A stretch of 64,000 bases of DNA, taken from the NCBI GenBank assembly GCA_002269645.1, contig NIVC01000386.1:310001-374000 (forward strand). Reading direction: 5' to 3'. Made by a program: the position numbers and the translations under genes. Shown one piece after another: positions 46,161 through 63,800 of the stretch. The notes under the pieces were generated by a model. That model was not told the origin of the DNA, did not search any database, and worked only from the letters and a program-made list of their open reading frames with translations. The stretch's first letter is position 1. The number at the start of each line of letters is the position of its first letter. Origin of the DNA: Macrostomum lignano (taxonomy: Eukaryota).

Positions 46161-47825
46161 ATGTCCTGCCCGCCCACCTCGGCCGTCCGCATCCGCACCT
46201 ACCGGCCTACCGAGGCTGAGTTCGCCGACTTCGCCGCCTACGTGTCGGACACCATCGAGGCCACCGGCGGTCACCTGGCCGGCATCTGCAAGGTGGTGCC
46301 GCCGGAGTCTTGGCGGCCCCGCCAGGCCGGCTACGAGGACCTCAGCCGGATGTCCATCCCGCAGCCAATCCGGCAGCGGATTGTTGGCACCGACGCGGGA
46401 GCCTACCAGCTCTGGAATGAGACTCTCAAGTCTCTGACGCTTGAGCAGTACAAACTGCTGGCTGAGAGCGATGTTCACAGGTGAGACCCGCGGTGCTGCT
46501 TTTCCCTCACAGTCCCCCTCCCCGCAACCCGGGTCTCCGCCCCCCCCCCCCGCAAACCGCATCTCCTGCCCTCCGCAACCCGCATTTCCGCCCCGCAACC
46601 CGCATCTCCTCCCCCCTCACAACCCGCATCTTCATCGCTACAAACCGCAACTCTTAGGCCGCCGGCCCGCTGCAGCAGCCCGGAGCAGCTGGAGCGCAAG
46701 TACTGGGCCAGCCTGACGCTCAACCCGCCAATCTATGGCGCCGATGTCAGCGGCTCGGTGACGGACGCGGACCAGCCGCTGTGGAACATGCGCCGTCTGG
46801 GCACCCTGCTGGACAGTCTGGACCAGCGCATCTCCGGGGTGAACACACCCTACCTGTACTTCGGCATGTGGAAGAGCACCTTCCCCTGGCACACGGAGGA
46901 CATGGACCTGTACTCCATCAACTACCTGCACTTCGGCGCCGCCAAGCACTGGTACGCCGTGCCGCCGGCCAACGGACGCCAGTTCGAGCGCCTCGCTGAG
47001 GCCTTCTTCGGCTCCTACAGGGCCGACTGCCCGGCCTTCTTGCGGCACAAAACCTCCGTGCTCAGCCCGCAGCTGCTGCGCCGCCATGGCGTCCCGTTCG
47101 ACTCGGTGGTGCAGCGCCAGGGCGAGTTCATCATCACCTTCCCGTTCGGCTACCACTGTGGCTTCAACGCCGGCTTCAACTGCGCCGAGAGCACCAACTT
47201 TGCCAGCCGACGCTGGATCGACTTCGGCCTGGCCGCCCGACTGTGCCGCTGCCAGCCCGACAGCGTTGTCATCGACATGGCCGCCATCGTGCGCCGGTTT
47301 GGCGGCGCCGCCAAATGTGACTCCGGCAGCCACAAGCGGCCGCTGCCTCAGGGCCGGCACCCCGCCGAGCTGGAGGCCGCTTCGAGTAGTCGCCGGTGTC
47401 CGCGGCAGCGAGTCGGCTCCACTGACGGTGGGGACAGACCTGCCGCTGAAGCAGTCCGCTCAAAGCGGCGTCGGAAAGTACAGTCATCTTCCGGTGCCGA
47501 CACTTCAAAGGATGCCGACATTTCAAAGGATGCCGACACTTCAAAAGATGCCAACATTTCAAAGGATGCCGACACTTCAAAGGATGCCGATATTTCAAAG
47601 GATGCCGACATTTTGAAGGATGCCGACATTTCGAAAGATGCCGACACTTCAAAGGATGCCGACATTTCAAAGGATGCCGACATTTCAAAGGATGCCGACA
47701 CTTCAAAGGATGCCGACATTTCAAAGGATTCCGACACTTCAAAGGGTGCTGACATATCTGTGCCATCGGAAGCGCCGCGGAAGGCCGTCGCAATGAACCT
47801 GTTTGACAGGCTGCGCTCGCTCTGA
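46161..47825 (+). CDS. KDM4: KDM4-family JmjN/JmjC histone demethylase, short form; exons 46161-46480, 46658-47825
   Basis: Jmj[19 protein letters not shown]; [71 protein letters not shown]; no PHD/Tudor seen. Confidence 0.95.
47493..47762 (+). repeat. Coding 18-bp minisatellite encoding 15 x DAD(I/T)SK-like hexapeptides
   Basis: In frame within KDM4 exon 2; unique coding sequence resumes before the stop. Confidence 0.9.
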
Positions 47826-48164
47826 GGGCAATCGGAAATCCGGAGCACCAGGATCCGCACTTTGCCCTTTTATGACTGCATTTTCATCCACAGATTTGTG
47901 ATTGCCGTTGTTTGGATTGTGTTTAATAAGAATATAGTGTTAAAATATTTTAGTGCATTTGTTTATACACATTTAGTGTATTTTTCTGCACATGTATGCC
48001 TGTCTTACTGTCAGTAGTGAGATAAGCACTTATTAATACCGTTTTAGTACCTTATTTAAGCATGTAATTTTCTGTAAAAGATTTGTCAGATGTCAAGATT
48101 GTATTTGTACAAACTAGATTATATTATGTGCTAAGCTGCTAACCCTCCCAGATACTCGGCCCTC

Positions 48165-48660
48165 CGCAATACCAGCTCCTCAGGCAGCTCACCTCAATAC
48201 CAGCTCCTCAGGCAGCCCACCTCAATACCAGCTCCTCAGGCAGCTCACCTCAATACCAGCTCCTCAGGCAGCCCACCTCAATACCAGCTCCTCAGGCAGC
48301 CCACCTCAATATTAGCTCCTCAGGCAGCCCACCTCAATACCAGCTCCTCAGGCAGCTCACCTCAATACCAGCTCCTCAGGCAGCTCACCTCAATACCAGC
48401 TCCTCATACCGCCCATCTCATTACCAGCTCCTCATACCGCCCATCTCATTACCAGCTCCTCAGGCAGCTCACCTCAATGCCAGCTCCTCAGGCAGCCCAC
48501 CTCATTACCAGCTCCTCATACCGCCCATCTCATTACCAGCTCCTCATACCGCCCATCTCATTACCAGCTCCTCAGGCAGCTCACCTCAATGCCAGCTCCT
48601 CAGGCAGCCCACCTCATTACCAGCTCCTCATACCGCCCATCTCATTACCAGCTCCTCAGT
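48165..48660. repeat. 28-bp array CCAGCTCCTCAGGCAGCCCACCTCAATA with a variant unit
   Basis: Visible tandem array. Confidence 0.93.
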
Positions 48661-49054
48661 CTGGGTAACGCTGGAGTTGATTAATTCTGATTAGTTTTTT
48701 GTCCTGCTTTTGCACTGTTCTATGCAAGAACTCCTTTGTTTTGTATAATAAGATTTTATATCGTTTGTACATAATTGCACCGTTTGATTTCTGCCAAATC
48801 GAACGTGTGCAGTATCGTGCTTGTTTTACAAATTAAACACCTCTTACTGATAATATCGGCCTACAGAGGTCTGGCCGCTTGTTGTACAAGTTATGAAACT
48901 TTTTGCATCAATTTGTACGAGCGTGTTTTTATTTTTTAAAACAGCTACTCTTGCCTCAAAGTACATTCAGAGTAAAGTACATTTAGAGTATATACCATTC
49001 TACATGTAAGACAGGGGAAGTTTATAAACTAAGCCTTTGTGGAGTTGCATCTGT

Positions 49055-50275
49055 CAGCCTCTCAGATCCTCAATTGCTAAGCCAGCCTCCCAGATCCTCA
49101 GTTACTGGGCCAGCCTCTCAGATCCTCAATTGCTAAGCCAGCCTCCCAGATCCTCAGTTACTGGGCCAGCCTCTCAGATCCTCAATTGCTAAGCCAGCCT
49201 CCCAGATCCTCAGTTGCTGGGTCAGCCTCCCAGATCCTCAGTTGATGGGCCAGCCTCCCAGATCCTCAGTTGATGGGCCGGCCTCCCAGATCCTCAGTTG
49301 ATGGGCCAGCCTCCCAGATCCTCAGTTGCTGGGCCAGCCTCCCAGATCCTCAGTTGCTGGGCCAGCCTCCCAGATCCTCAGTTACTGGGCCAGCCTCTCA
49401 GATCCTCAATTGCTAAGCCAGCCTCCCAGATCCTCAGTTGCTGGGTCAGCCTCCCAGATCCTCAGTTGATGGGCCAGCCTCCCAGATCCTCAGTTGATGG
49501 GCCAGCCTCCCAGATCCTCAGTTGATGGGCCAGCCTCCCAGATCCTCAGTTGCTGGGCCAGCCTCCCAGATCCTCAGTTGCTGGGCCAGCCTCCCAGATC
49601 CTCAGTTGCTGGGCCAGCCTCCCAGATCCTCAGTTGCTGGGCCAGCCTCCCAGATCCTCAGTTGCTGAGCCAGCCTCCCAGATCCTCAGTTGCTGGGTCA
49701 GCCTTCCAGATCCTCAGTTGATGGCCCAGCCTCCCAGATCCTCAGTTGATGGGCCAGCCTCCCAGATCCTCAGCTGCTGGGCCAGCCTCCCAGATCCTCA
49801 GTTGCTGGGCCAGCCTCCCAGATCCTCAGTTGCTGGGCCAGCCTCCCAGATCCTCAGTTGATGGGCCAGCCTCCCAGATCCTCAGTTGCTGGGCCAGCCT
49901 CCCAGATCCTCAGTTGCTGGGCCAGCCTCCCAGATCCTCAGTTGCTGGGCCAGCCTCTCAGATCCTCAGTTGCTGGGCCAGCCTCCCAGATCCTCAGTTG
50001 CTGGGCCAGCCTCCCAGATCCTCAGTTGCTGAGCCAGCCTCTCAGATCCTCAGTTGCTGGGCCAGCCTCCCAGATCCTCAGTTGCAGGGCCAGCCTCCCA
50101 GATCCTCAGTTGCTGGGCCAGCCTCCCAGATCCTCAGTTGCTGGGCCAGCCTCCCAGATCCTCAGTTGCTGGGCCAGCCTCCCAGATCCTCAGTTGCTGG
50201 GTCAGGCTCCCCAATACTCAGTTGCTGGGCCACCCTCCCAGATCCTCAGTTGCTGGGCGACCCTCCCAGATCCCC
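49055..50275. repeat. 28-bp minisatellite GCCAGCCTCCCAGATCCTCAGTTGCTGG
   Basis: Same family as 22165-23135, in the opposite orientation. Confidence 0.97.
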
Positions 50276-50322
50276 AACCGGGCCTGAGGATTAGTCCCTC
50301 ACTGAGCACTCAGCAAAGAAGT

Positions 50323-53300
50323 TCAAGAGTTCAACTTCGATTCCTCGCTCGACTTCTCGGTCGCCTCCTCCGCTGACGCCGCGCGGCCCTGGCAGAAGCC
50401 CAGCTGACAGGCCTGGCAGCCGGTCCGGTCGTGCTTCCGGTTCGGGTTTCCGGCGCGGCGCCACAGCTGCACCCGCTGGTCGCCCAAACTGACCCGGTAC
50501 AGGGTCTGGCCTATGCGCCGGAACACATTGTACATAACCTGAATTGGAGTTTGGCAGGGCTCGGAGCCTTCACCTCCTGGATGACCCGTGCTCTGATCCT
50601 TCACCACCTGTATGACCCGTGCTCTGATCCTTCACCACCTGTATGACCCGTGCTCTGATCCTTCACCACCTGTATGACCCGTGCTCTGATCCTTCACCAC
50701 CTGTATGACCCGTGCTCTGGTCCTTCACCACCTGTATGACCCGTGCTCTGATCCTTCACCACCTGTATGACCCGTGCTCTGATTCTTCACCACCTGCATG
50801 ACCCGTGCTCTGGTCCTTCACCACCTGTATGACCCGTGCTCTGGTCCTTCACCACCTGTATGACCCGTGCTCTGAGCCTTCACCACCTGCATGACCCGTT
50901 CTCTGATCCTTCACCACCTGTATGACCCGTGCTCTGGTCCTTCACCACCTGTATGACCCGTGCTCTGGTCCTTCACCACCTGTATGACCCGTGCTCTGAG
51001 CCTTCACCACCTGTATGACCCGTGCTCTGATCTTTCACCACCTGAATGGCCTGATTCTTCACCACCTGAATGACCCGTGCTCTGGTCCTTCACCACCTGT
51101 ATGACCCGTGCTCTGAGCCTTCACCACCTGTATGACCCGTGCTCTGATCCTTCACCACCTGTATGACCCGTTCTCTGATTCTTCACCACCTGTATGACCC
51201 GTTCTCTGATTCTTCACCACCTGCATGACCCGTGCTCTGATTCTTCACCACCTGTATGACCCGTGCTCTGATCTATTACGACCCGCAGTTCATCTCCCTG
51301 CCGCACCTTCTCGATCTCCTCCGGGTACCACTGTGGCTCCTCAAACACGGTGTCGGCTCCGCCGCGGTGACCTGCGGTCTCGTGGCAGCGCTGCTTGAAC
51401 AGGCGGAACAGTAAGTTGTAGCCACGCTGCAACAACGGCCGCCCGTTGTCCGGGTCCAGCAGTCCGGGCCCCGCGCCGTCCACCCGGAACAGGTGGAACA
51501 CGATGCGGCCCTTCATGGACGTCCACTCCTTTGGACATTGCTGGCGAGGGGTTTCGGGCTGTGGTTACGCTTCTGAGAAGTCTATCTAATGAGTTCGAAT
51601 AGGTTCAGTTAACGATTCTGAATAGGTTTCAGTTGAGGATTTTGAAGAGGTCCAGTTGATTTCGTACAGATTTATTTGACATAAAAAATCGAAGGCCCTG
51701 GCAACAGATGGCCTGCTAATCACGCACGCTACCTACACATTGCACTGCTTTACTCCAACTCTGTGTCCAAACAGTTGGCCCGGAGCATCCCCTCGTCAGC
51801 TAAAAGTTCATTCCCAGTCATTGATCGAGCGGGCTGGCTGCCTGTCACCCCTCTGGGAGTTTATTATTGTCTTCAACTATTCAACTTTAGCAGGTAAAAA
51901 CTAAAGAGGCTTCGCGCCTCGCCCAGGTCGCGAGAGTTCAGCGGGAAAAAGCGGAACAAAAATGGGAGCAGAACTTTTTCGGCAAGAAGCGATGGGGGAT
52001 TACACTGCATCGCGTGTCAGCGAGCCTGCCAAGCCATTGAACCCCTGCTGGCAGTGTCTGGAGAGCCACAGAACACAGCCTTACAGACTGAATGAACAGC
52101 CACAGAACACAGCCTTACAGACAGTCTGAACAGCCACAGAACACAGCCTTACAGACAGTCTGAACAGCCACAGAACACAGCCTTACAGACAGTCTGAACA
52201 GCCACAGAACACAGCCTTACAGACAGTCTGAACAGCCACAGAACACAGCTTTACAGACTGACTGAACAGCCACAGAACACAGCCTTACAGACTGACTGAA
52301 CAGCCACAGAACACAGCCTTACAGACTGACTGAACAGCCACAGAACACAGCCTTACAGACTGACTGAACAGCCACAGAACACAGCCTTACAGACTGACTG
52401 AACAGCCACAGAACACAGCCTTACAGACTGACTGAACAGCCACAGAACACAGCCTTACAGACTGACTGAACAGCCACAGAACACAGCCTTACAGACTGAC
52501 TGAACAGCCACAGAAGACAGCCTTACAGACTGAATGAACAGCCACAGAACACAGCCTTACAGACTGAATGAACAGCCACAGAGCACAGCCTTACAGACAG
52601 TCTGAACAGCCACAGAACACAGCCTTACAGACTGACTGAACAGCCACAGAACACAGCCTTACAGACTGACTGAACAGCCACAGAACACAGCCTTACAGAC
52701 TGACTGAACAGCCACAGAACACAGCCTTACAGACTGAACAGCCACAGAACACAGCCTTACAGACAGTCTGAACAGCCACAGAACACAGCCTTACAGACTG
52801 ACTGAACAGCCACAGAACACAGCCTTACAGACTGACTGAACAGCCACAGAACACAGCCTTACAGACTGACTGAACAGCCACAGAACACAGCCTTACAGAC
52901 TGAATGAACAGCCACAGAACACAGCCTTACAGACTGAATGAACAGCCACAGAGCACAGCCTTACAGACAGTCTGAACAGCCACAGAACACAGCCTTACAG
53001 ACTGACTGAACAGCCACAGAACACAGCCTTACAGACTGACTGAACAGCCACAGAACACAGCCTTACAGACTGAATGAACAGCCACAGAACACAGCCTTAC
53101 AGACTGAATGAACAGCCACAGAGCACAGCCTTACAGACAGTCTGAACAGCCACAGAACACAGCCTTACAGACTGAATGAACAGCCACAGAACACAGCCTT
53201 ACAGACTGACTGAACAGCCACAGAACACAGCCTTACAGACTGAATGAACAGCCACAGAACACAGCCTTACAGACTGAATGAACAGCCACAGAACACAGCC

Positions 53301-55861
53301 TTACAGACTGACTGAACAGCCACAGAACACAGCCTTACAGACAGTCTGAACAGCCACAGAACACAGCCTTACAGACTGACTGAACAGCCACAGAACACAG
53401 CCTTACAGACAGTCTGAACAGCCACAGAACACAGCCTTACAGACAGTCTGAACAGCCACAGAACACAGCCTTACAGACTGACTGAACAGCCACAGAACAC
53501 AGCCTTACAGACTGACTGAACAGCCACAGAACACAGCCTTACAGACTGAATGAACAGCCACAGAACACAGCCTTACAGACTGAATGAACAGCCACAGAGC
53601 ACAGCCTTACAGACAGTCTGAACAGCCACAGAACACAGCCTTATATCCCGGTGACTCACAGAGCAGCGGAATCGAACCTTGGCCCCATCATAGAATGAGC
53701 AGCCCACAATGTTCAGTCGCAGGTTGTTGCTCAGTGGCTCCCGCGGGCTCCACAGGCAGCCGTAGTCGCCCCCGGCTGGCGGCAGACCGCCCGTCAGTCG
53801 GCGAAGCTTCGCCTCGGTGGCGTCGTCTAGCGGTGACGGCCCGTCCGGCGGCGACTCCCGCCAGAGCTGCGCCTCACCGAGGTAGGCGGAGCTGCCGGTC
53901 AGGGCGGTCAACAGCCGGTGGCGCTGCAGATGGAACTGCGCCTGCCAGACCCTGCGGATCTCCGCGCTTTTGAGGGAGAAGGGAATGAGAGTATGCTGAG
54001 AGTAAATGCGAGAGTGGGCTGAGAGTAGGCTGAGAGTAGACTGAGAGTAGAGGGAGAGTAGAGGGAGAGTAGGCTGAGAGTAAGGGTGGGAGTAGGCTGA
54101 GAGTAAGGGTGGGAGTAGGCTGAGAGTAAGGGTGGGAGTAGGCTGAGAGTAAGGGTGGGAGTAGGCTGAGAGTAAGGGTGGGAGTAGGCTGAGAGTAAGG
54201 GTGGGAGTAGGCTGAGAGTAAGGGTGGGAGTAGGCTGAGAGTAAGGGTGGGAGTAGGCTGAGAGTAAGGGTGGGAGTAGGCTGAGAGTAAGGGTGGGAGT
54301 AGGCTGAGAGTAAGGGTGGGAGTAGGCTGAGAGTAAGGGTGGGAGTAGGCTGAGAGTACATTTAGAGTGGGCTTTGAGTGAGAGCAGAGTTGGGCCTGTC
54401 AGCCGAAGCGGTTGATTTTGGGATTTCGTGGTTTTTTGCTTCCCAAAATCATCCCTGCTCAAACAATGCGCTGCCTGGCTGGCAACCGGAAACCGGCCGG
54501 CTGTTCCGCTTCACACAGCGCGGGCAGGTTGCTCCCGAGCCCCGCTTTGTTCCCAGGAAATGCGAGATGGGAGAATGGGGATTCTTCGGCCAGCGCGGAA
54601 CTGGGGATCTGGACGGGAGGCTGGGACGAGGCAGTGAGAAAGGAAGACGGGACGAAAAACATTCCGGGTCCGGCTTTTTGAGAGGCGCAGGCCGGGGATG
54701 CTGGGAGCAACAACTGATGGAGCTGGCAGTCCTTGTCCCCATTGTTCCCCAGTCGGATTGCGACGTCTCTTCTGGAAGCAGAAAAAAATCTTTCAGGTAG
54801 AGCGCGGAACAATTTTCGGCGGCAAACAGGGCTTGGATTTCCCGAACAGGGGGGGGGGAGATTTATCCCCTGCGATCTGACAGCTGCGTGACTTCGTGCG
54901 GCTGAATTCCTCAGGGCGCGGCTGGGGACTGATTGAGAACCTGCTTTGGACATGGCTGGGGGCTGAGAAGGTAGAGCCCAGCTGAACAGAATACTGCGAC
55001 TAGGCTCCTATGCGCTGAGTATGGGAGTAATTAGCGTTGAATGAAGTAGATAACATAAAGTGGGTTTTCTTTTAGTATAGGTAGAGCGCTGCTGTAGCTT
55101 ATGAGAGCAGGGTCACTCGAGAGCGGGCAGTGGCACTCACTCAGAGTAGGACAGGGCACTCAGCAGCACTCACTCAGAGTAGGACAGGGCACTCAGCGGC
55201 ACTCACTCAGAGTAAGACAGGGCACTCAACGGCACTCACTCAGAGTAGGACAGGGCACTCAGCGGCACTCACTCAGAGTAGGACAGGGCACTCAGTGGCA
55301 CTCACTCAGAGTAGGACAGGGCACTCAGCAGCACTCACTCAGAGTAGGACAGGGCACTCAGCGGCACTCACTCAGAGTAGGACAGGGCACTCAGTGGCAC
55401 TCACTCAGAGTAGGATAGGGCACTCAGTGGCACTCACTCAGAGTAGGACAGGGCACTCAGCGGCACTCACTCAGAGTAAGACAGGACACTCAGCGGCACT
55501 CACTCAGAGTAGAAGCCGACAGGCAATGTCGATGACAGCGCAGGCTTTGGCTGGTCCGCCACAGCTGCCGCCGCTGCCGCAGCCGCCACCGTTGTAGAAG
55601 CTGTCGCACTCCATGGTGTTTCAAAAGCATCTGGTCGAGCCCAAGCTGCAGAAGCCAGAAGCTGCTGCTGCTGCAGTTGTTGCTGCAGCCAGAAGTGCTG
55701 CAGAAGCAGCAATTGCTGTTGCTGTTGCTGCAGCAGCGCCAGGGGAATCGGCACCGGTCTTCTTGGAGGCTTTGCCACCCGGCCGCCGGACACGCCGCGA
55801 CACCTGATGAAGGCCGGCGTCTCTTCGGGGGGTTGATCAGCCAGGGCGCTGTCCAGGTGAA
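50323..55861 (-). CDS. RTP-like zf-3CxxC protein with Q/A-rich N-terminus; exons ~55861-55504, 53966-53660, 51540-51307, 50538-50323; start unresolved
   Basis: Spliced AKVRFRCS|QCPKEWTSMKGRIVFH, LFKQRCH, PQWYPEEIEK|VMYN, KHDRTGCQACQLGFC; phases consistent. Confidence 0.8.
50580..51275. repeat. 31-bp array ATGACCCGTGCTCTGATCCTTCACCACCTGT (RTP-like intron)
   Basis: Visible tandem array. Confidence 0.96.
52070..53640. repeat. 34-bp array ACTGAACAGCCACAGAACACAGCCTTACAGACTG (RTP-like intron)
   Basis: ~46 tandem copies. Confidence 0.97.
54000..54358. repeat. 23-bp array GAGAGTAAGGGTGGGAGTAGGCT
   Basis: Visible tandem array. Confidence 0.95.
55130..55512. repeat. 33-bp array containing the exon end and splice donor of the RTP-like gene
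   Basis: Minus-strand TACTCTGA|GTGAGT recurs ~12 times. Confidence 0.93.
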
Positions 55862-56579
55862 CTGTCAGGTGGGTTGCCAGGTTTCCCAGGTGTCCGCAGT
55901 TTTGACTGAACCTTTTGTAGCCCTGACATCCTCCTTTCAGTTCTGACATCCAATTTGGGCTCATGACACCCTTTTTGGGAACTTCTGAAATTCTCTTACC
56001 TGAATCTGTAGGTGTTTCTGACAGCCAATTTTGAGTGACAGCCAGTTCACCTGCACCTGACTAACATCAGAGTACCCAGGGCCCTGACACCCACCGCCTT
56101 GACACTCACCAAGATTCCTGACACCCATCTAGAGGCCCTGACACCCTAGGGAAACAACTGTTGTCCTTTGAAATACTCGGTTCCCCAACTCACCTGCTTT
56201 CCCAAGAGCAGTGACTACGAGTGTCCTACAATATGTTCCGAAGGAGCTCAGAATTCTGAAGAGTGGCCTCTAAAAGGAGCGAGTTCACCTGAGCTCAGTC
56301 TCGTGTGGGCGTCAGAAAAGCTCGATTTGAAGCCCGGCCACGCCTGTCCGCCTGGCTGATTGATGCAGGTCGCATGTGGCCTCCCCTGCGGTTATCGAAT
56401 CAGCTTCCTTTGAGAGATTCTTCATCAGATCCTGAGCAACCGATTCTGACCTGCATGACGGCTTCTCATTGGCCCGCGGGAGAAATTATGCTAAACTGTT
56501 CTCAGCCACAGGTGTGATACTCGGGTAGTAGGCTTTTAGCCCTATAGTACATGGCGTCCAATGTCAATTCCACATGTAT

Positions 56580-56750
56580 TTGAGTGTGCACTCAGTCCAA
56601 ATACACAATTCTACTTGAGTGTACACTCAGTCCAAATACACAATTCTACTTGAGTGTACACTCAGTCCAAATACACAATTCTACTTGAGTGTACACTCAG
56701 TCCAAATACACAATTCTACTTGAGTGTACACTCAGTCCGAATACACAATT
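56580..56750. repeat. 35-bp array with internal palindrome TGAGTGTACACTCA, ~5 copies
   Basis: Visible tandem array. Confidence 0.92.
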
Positions 56751-56819
56751 CCAATCTTCCTCGATTTAGAAACAACTTAAAAGTTTAAGTTGACTGAGGG
56801 TTGAAGGAGCAGTGGGTGA

Positions 56820-57110
56820 GCACTGTCACTCAACCAGCACTGTCACTCAACCAGCACTGTCACTCAACCAGCTGTCACTCACCCAGGACTGTCACTCAAC
56901 CAGCACCGTCACTCACCCAGCACTATCTGTCACTCACCCAGCACTAGCTGTCACTCACCCAGCACTAGCTGTCACTTAACCAGCACTAGCAGTCACTCAC
57001 CCAGCACCGTCACTCACCCAGCACTATCACTCACCCAGCACTGTCACTCACCCAGCACTGTCACTCACCCAGCACTGTCACTCACCCATCATTATCACTC
57101 ACCAAGCATT
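56820..57110. repeat. ~17-bp array CACTGTCACTCA(A/C)CCAG
   Basis: Visible tandem array. Confidence 0.9.
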
Positions 57111-58876
57111 GTCACCTAATTTTATGTAATGTCATGAATTTCCAAGTTCTAAAAATAATATTTTTTACTATCAAACCCCATTATGCAAACAGTAATTATA
57201 AAATTGGAAAATTGGAAAGAGTATACATTTGAAATCAGTATTCTAAAAACCTTGCAGGGCCTATTTAATAGTAGTGAAAGTTTCTTATTTCTTATAATTT
57301 AACCTTAACATTTACAGTTTAACTGTGGTAGTTTTAGAACTCTAACTGATTCATTCATTTTTAATGTAAACTAATGTAAACAATTTAAACTGTAAACTAG
57401 TATGGTGTGTTTGTAAATGCAGCTTATTTATTTTGATGTGTTATTTAAAACTATAATTCTAATTTTGAAACTATATAAAATAATTTTGTTTTAATATACA
57501 AACAAATACTATAAATAGATCTATAACAATTTTGTTTTTTGTTTATTTTATTGGTGAAAAATGTAAAAAATGATATGACTAGGCAGTCTAGCCCTTTTAT
57601 TAAAAGTTGTGAAAATATAAATAAAATATTTTCATGCTTCAGGTCACAGAATATACATTCTCATTGCTGCATTGCCACAAAAGCTATTTAGGTATAGCCA
57701 GGGCCGGAACTAGTGTATAAATTCGACCTGAACTCGTTTTCAATATTAAAAATTTAATTTTTGCCTTCTGTCAGAAAAGCAAAAATAGATTTTTTGCTTA
57801 GGACATTATCGATTAAGAGGTATCATTGAACTAAAAGAATACGGTTTGTCTGGATCATTCGCAGTGTTTTTTTCTGAGAGGGGACCTGCAACTCGTTCGT
57901 TTTCACACGAAATACCAGTAAATACCATTACTGGTATTAATAGTAAATTAGTAAATACCGAAATACCATTTTCACAGCCAAGAACTCGCACGACTAAGAT
58001 GAAAATAAAATTAAAGTGTGAATCACAGAGATACTTACTTATTTAATGACGGTGTGGATATGTGTTTAATTAATACATCGAAAGATAGTATAATCCAAGA
58101 ACGTATGTACAGCGCTGCATGTCCGCGGCACGTTGCTAATTTTTAAACGCAGATACTTAGCGTTTTGCGCATTTTAACAAATATAATGTATTAGCAAACC
58201 CATTTCTTAAGAATTAGAATACAATTTTTAGTATATGAATTGTTAATTTTTTATCGAAAGCAAAATTCTGAAACATAATACTAAGGTACGTTTGTAAGCA
58301 AAAAAGTTGTTAACTCTTTCGATAAATTTAAATTATACATGTGGTCGACGAAGTGCTCGCTCTATGCAAAAATCATACGGCTTTAGCTAGTCATCATCAA
58401 CGTGGAATTTCAATGCAAGAAACAAACAGTTATGCAGAATAAATTTGGTAACAAGTGAGTTCTTACAAATGTAAAGTAATTCTCACTTAAATATTTCTTA
58501 ATACTGCTAAAATTATTATATAACTCTGAAATTAAGACAATATACTATTACCTGTTTGTTTTTAAATAGCTCATAGAAACCTTATTCGTTTCCCAATAAA
58601 ACTGCAAGAACAACAATGACACAAAAGTATTTAACAACGTTCTCTGTTTACAGCATAAAACGCTCAGCTGTCTTATGCATGTTTATGTTTACAATATTAT
58701 TATTACTTGTAACAGAAAAAAAATTTGTTCGTCATTTTGCGGAAGTTTTTTTGCTATTTTATCGGAAAGTCACAATTAGAGCAGAGTATATTTAGTTAAA
58801 AGTAGATTCTAACCAACTGCTTTCTGAACACACTAAAATGGCTATTTGACAGGTAGTCAAGTGCTTCAAGCAAAGG

Positions 58877-63667
<4,791 letters not shown>

Positions 63668-63685
<18 letters not shown>

Positions 63686-63800
63686 GTAGGTGGCCGGGCA
63701 CTTACCATGGACAATCGGACAGGTAGGTGGCCGGTCACTTGGCCATGGACAATCGGACGGGTAGGTGGCCGGTCGCTTGGCCATGGACAATCGGACAGTT
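63668..63800. repeat. 37-38-bp repeat of exon end plus donor CATGGACAATCGGACAG|GTAGGTGGCCGG, 3-4 copies
   Basis: Visible at the cadherin exon 3 boundary. Confidence 0.9.
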
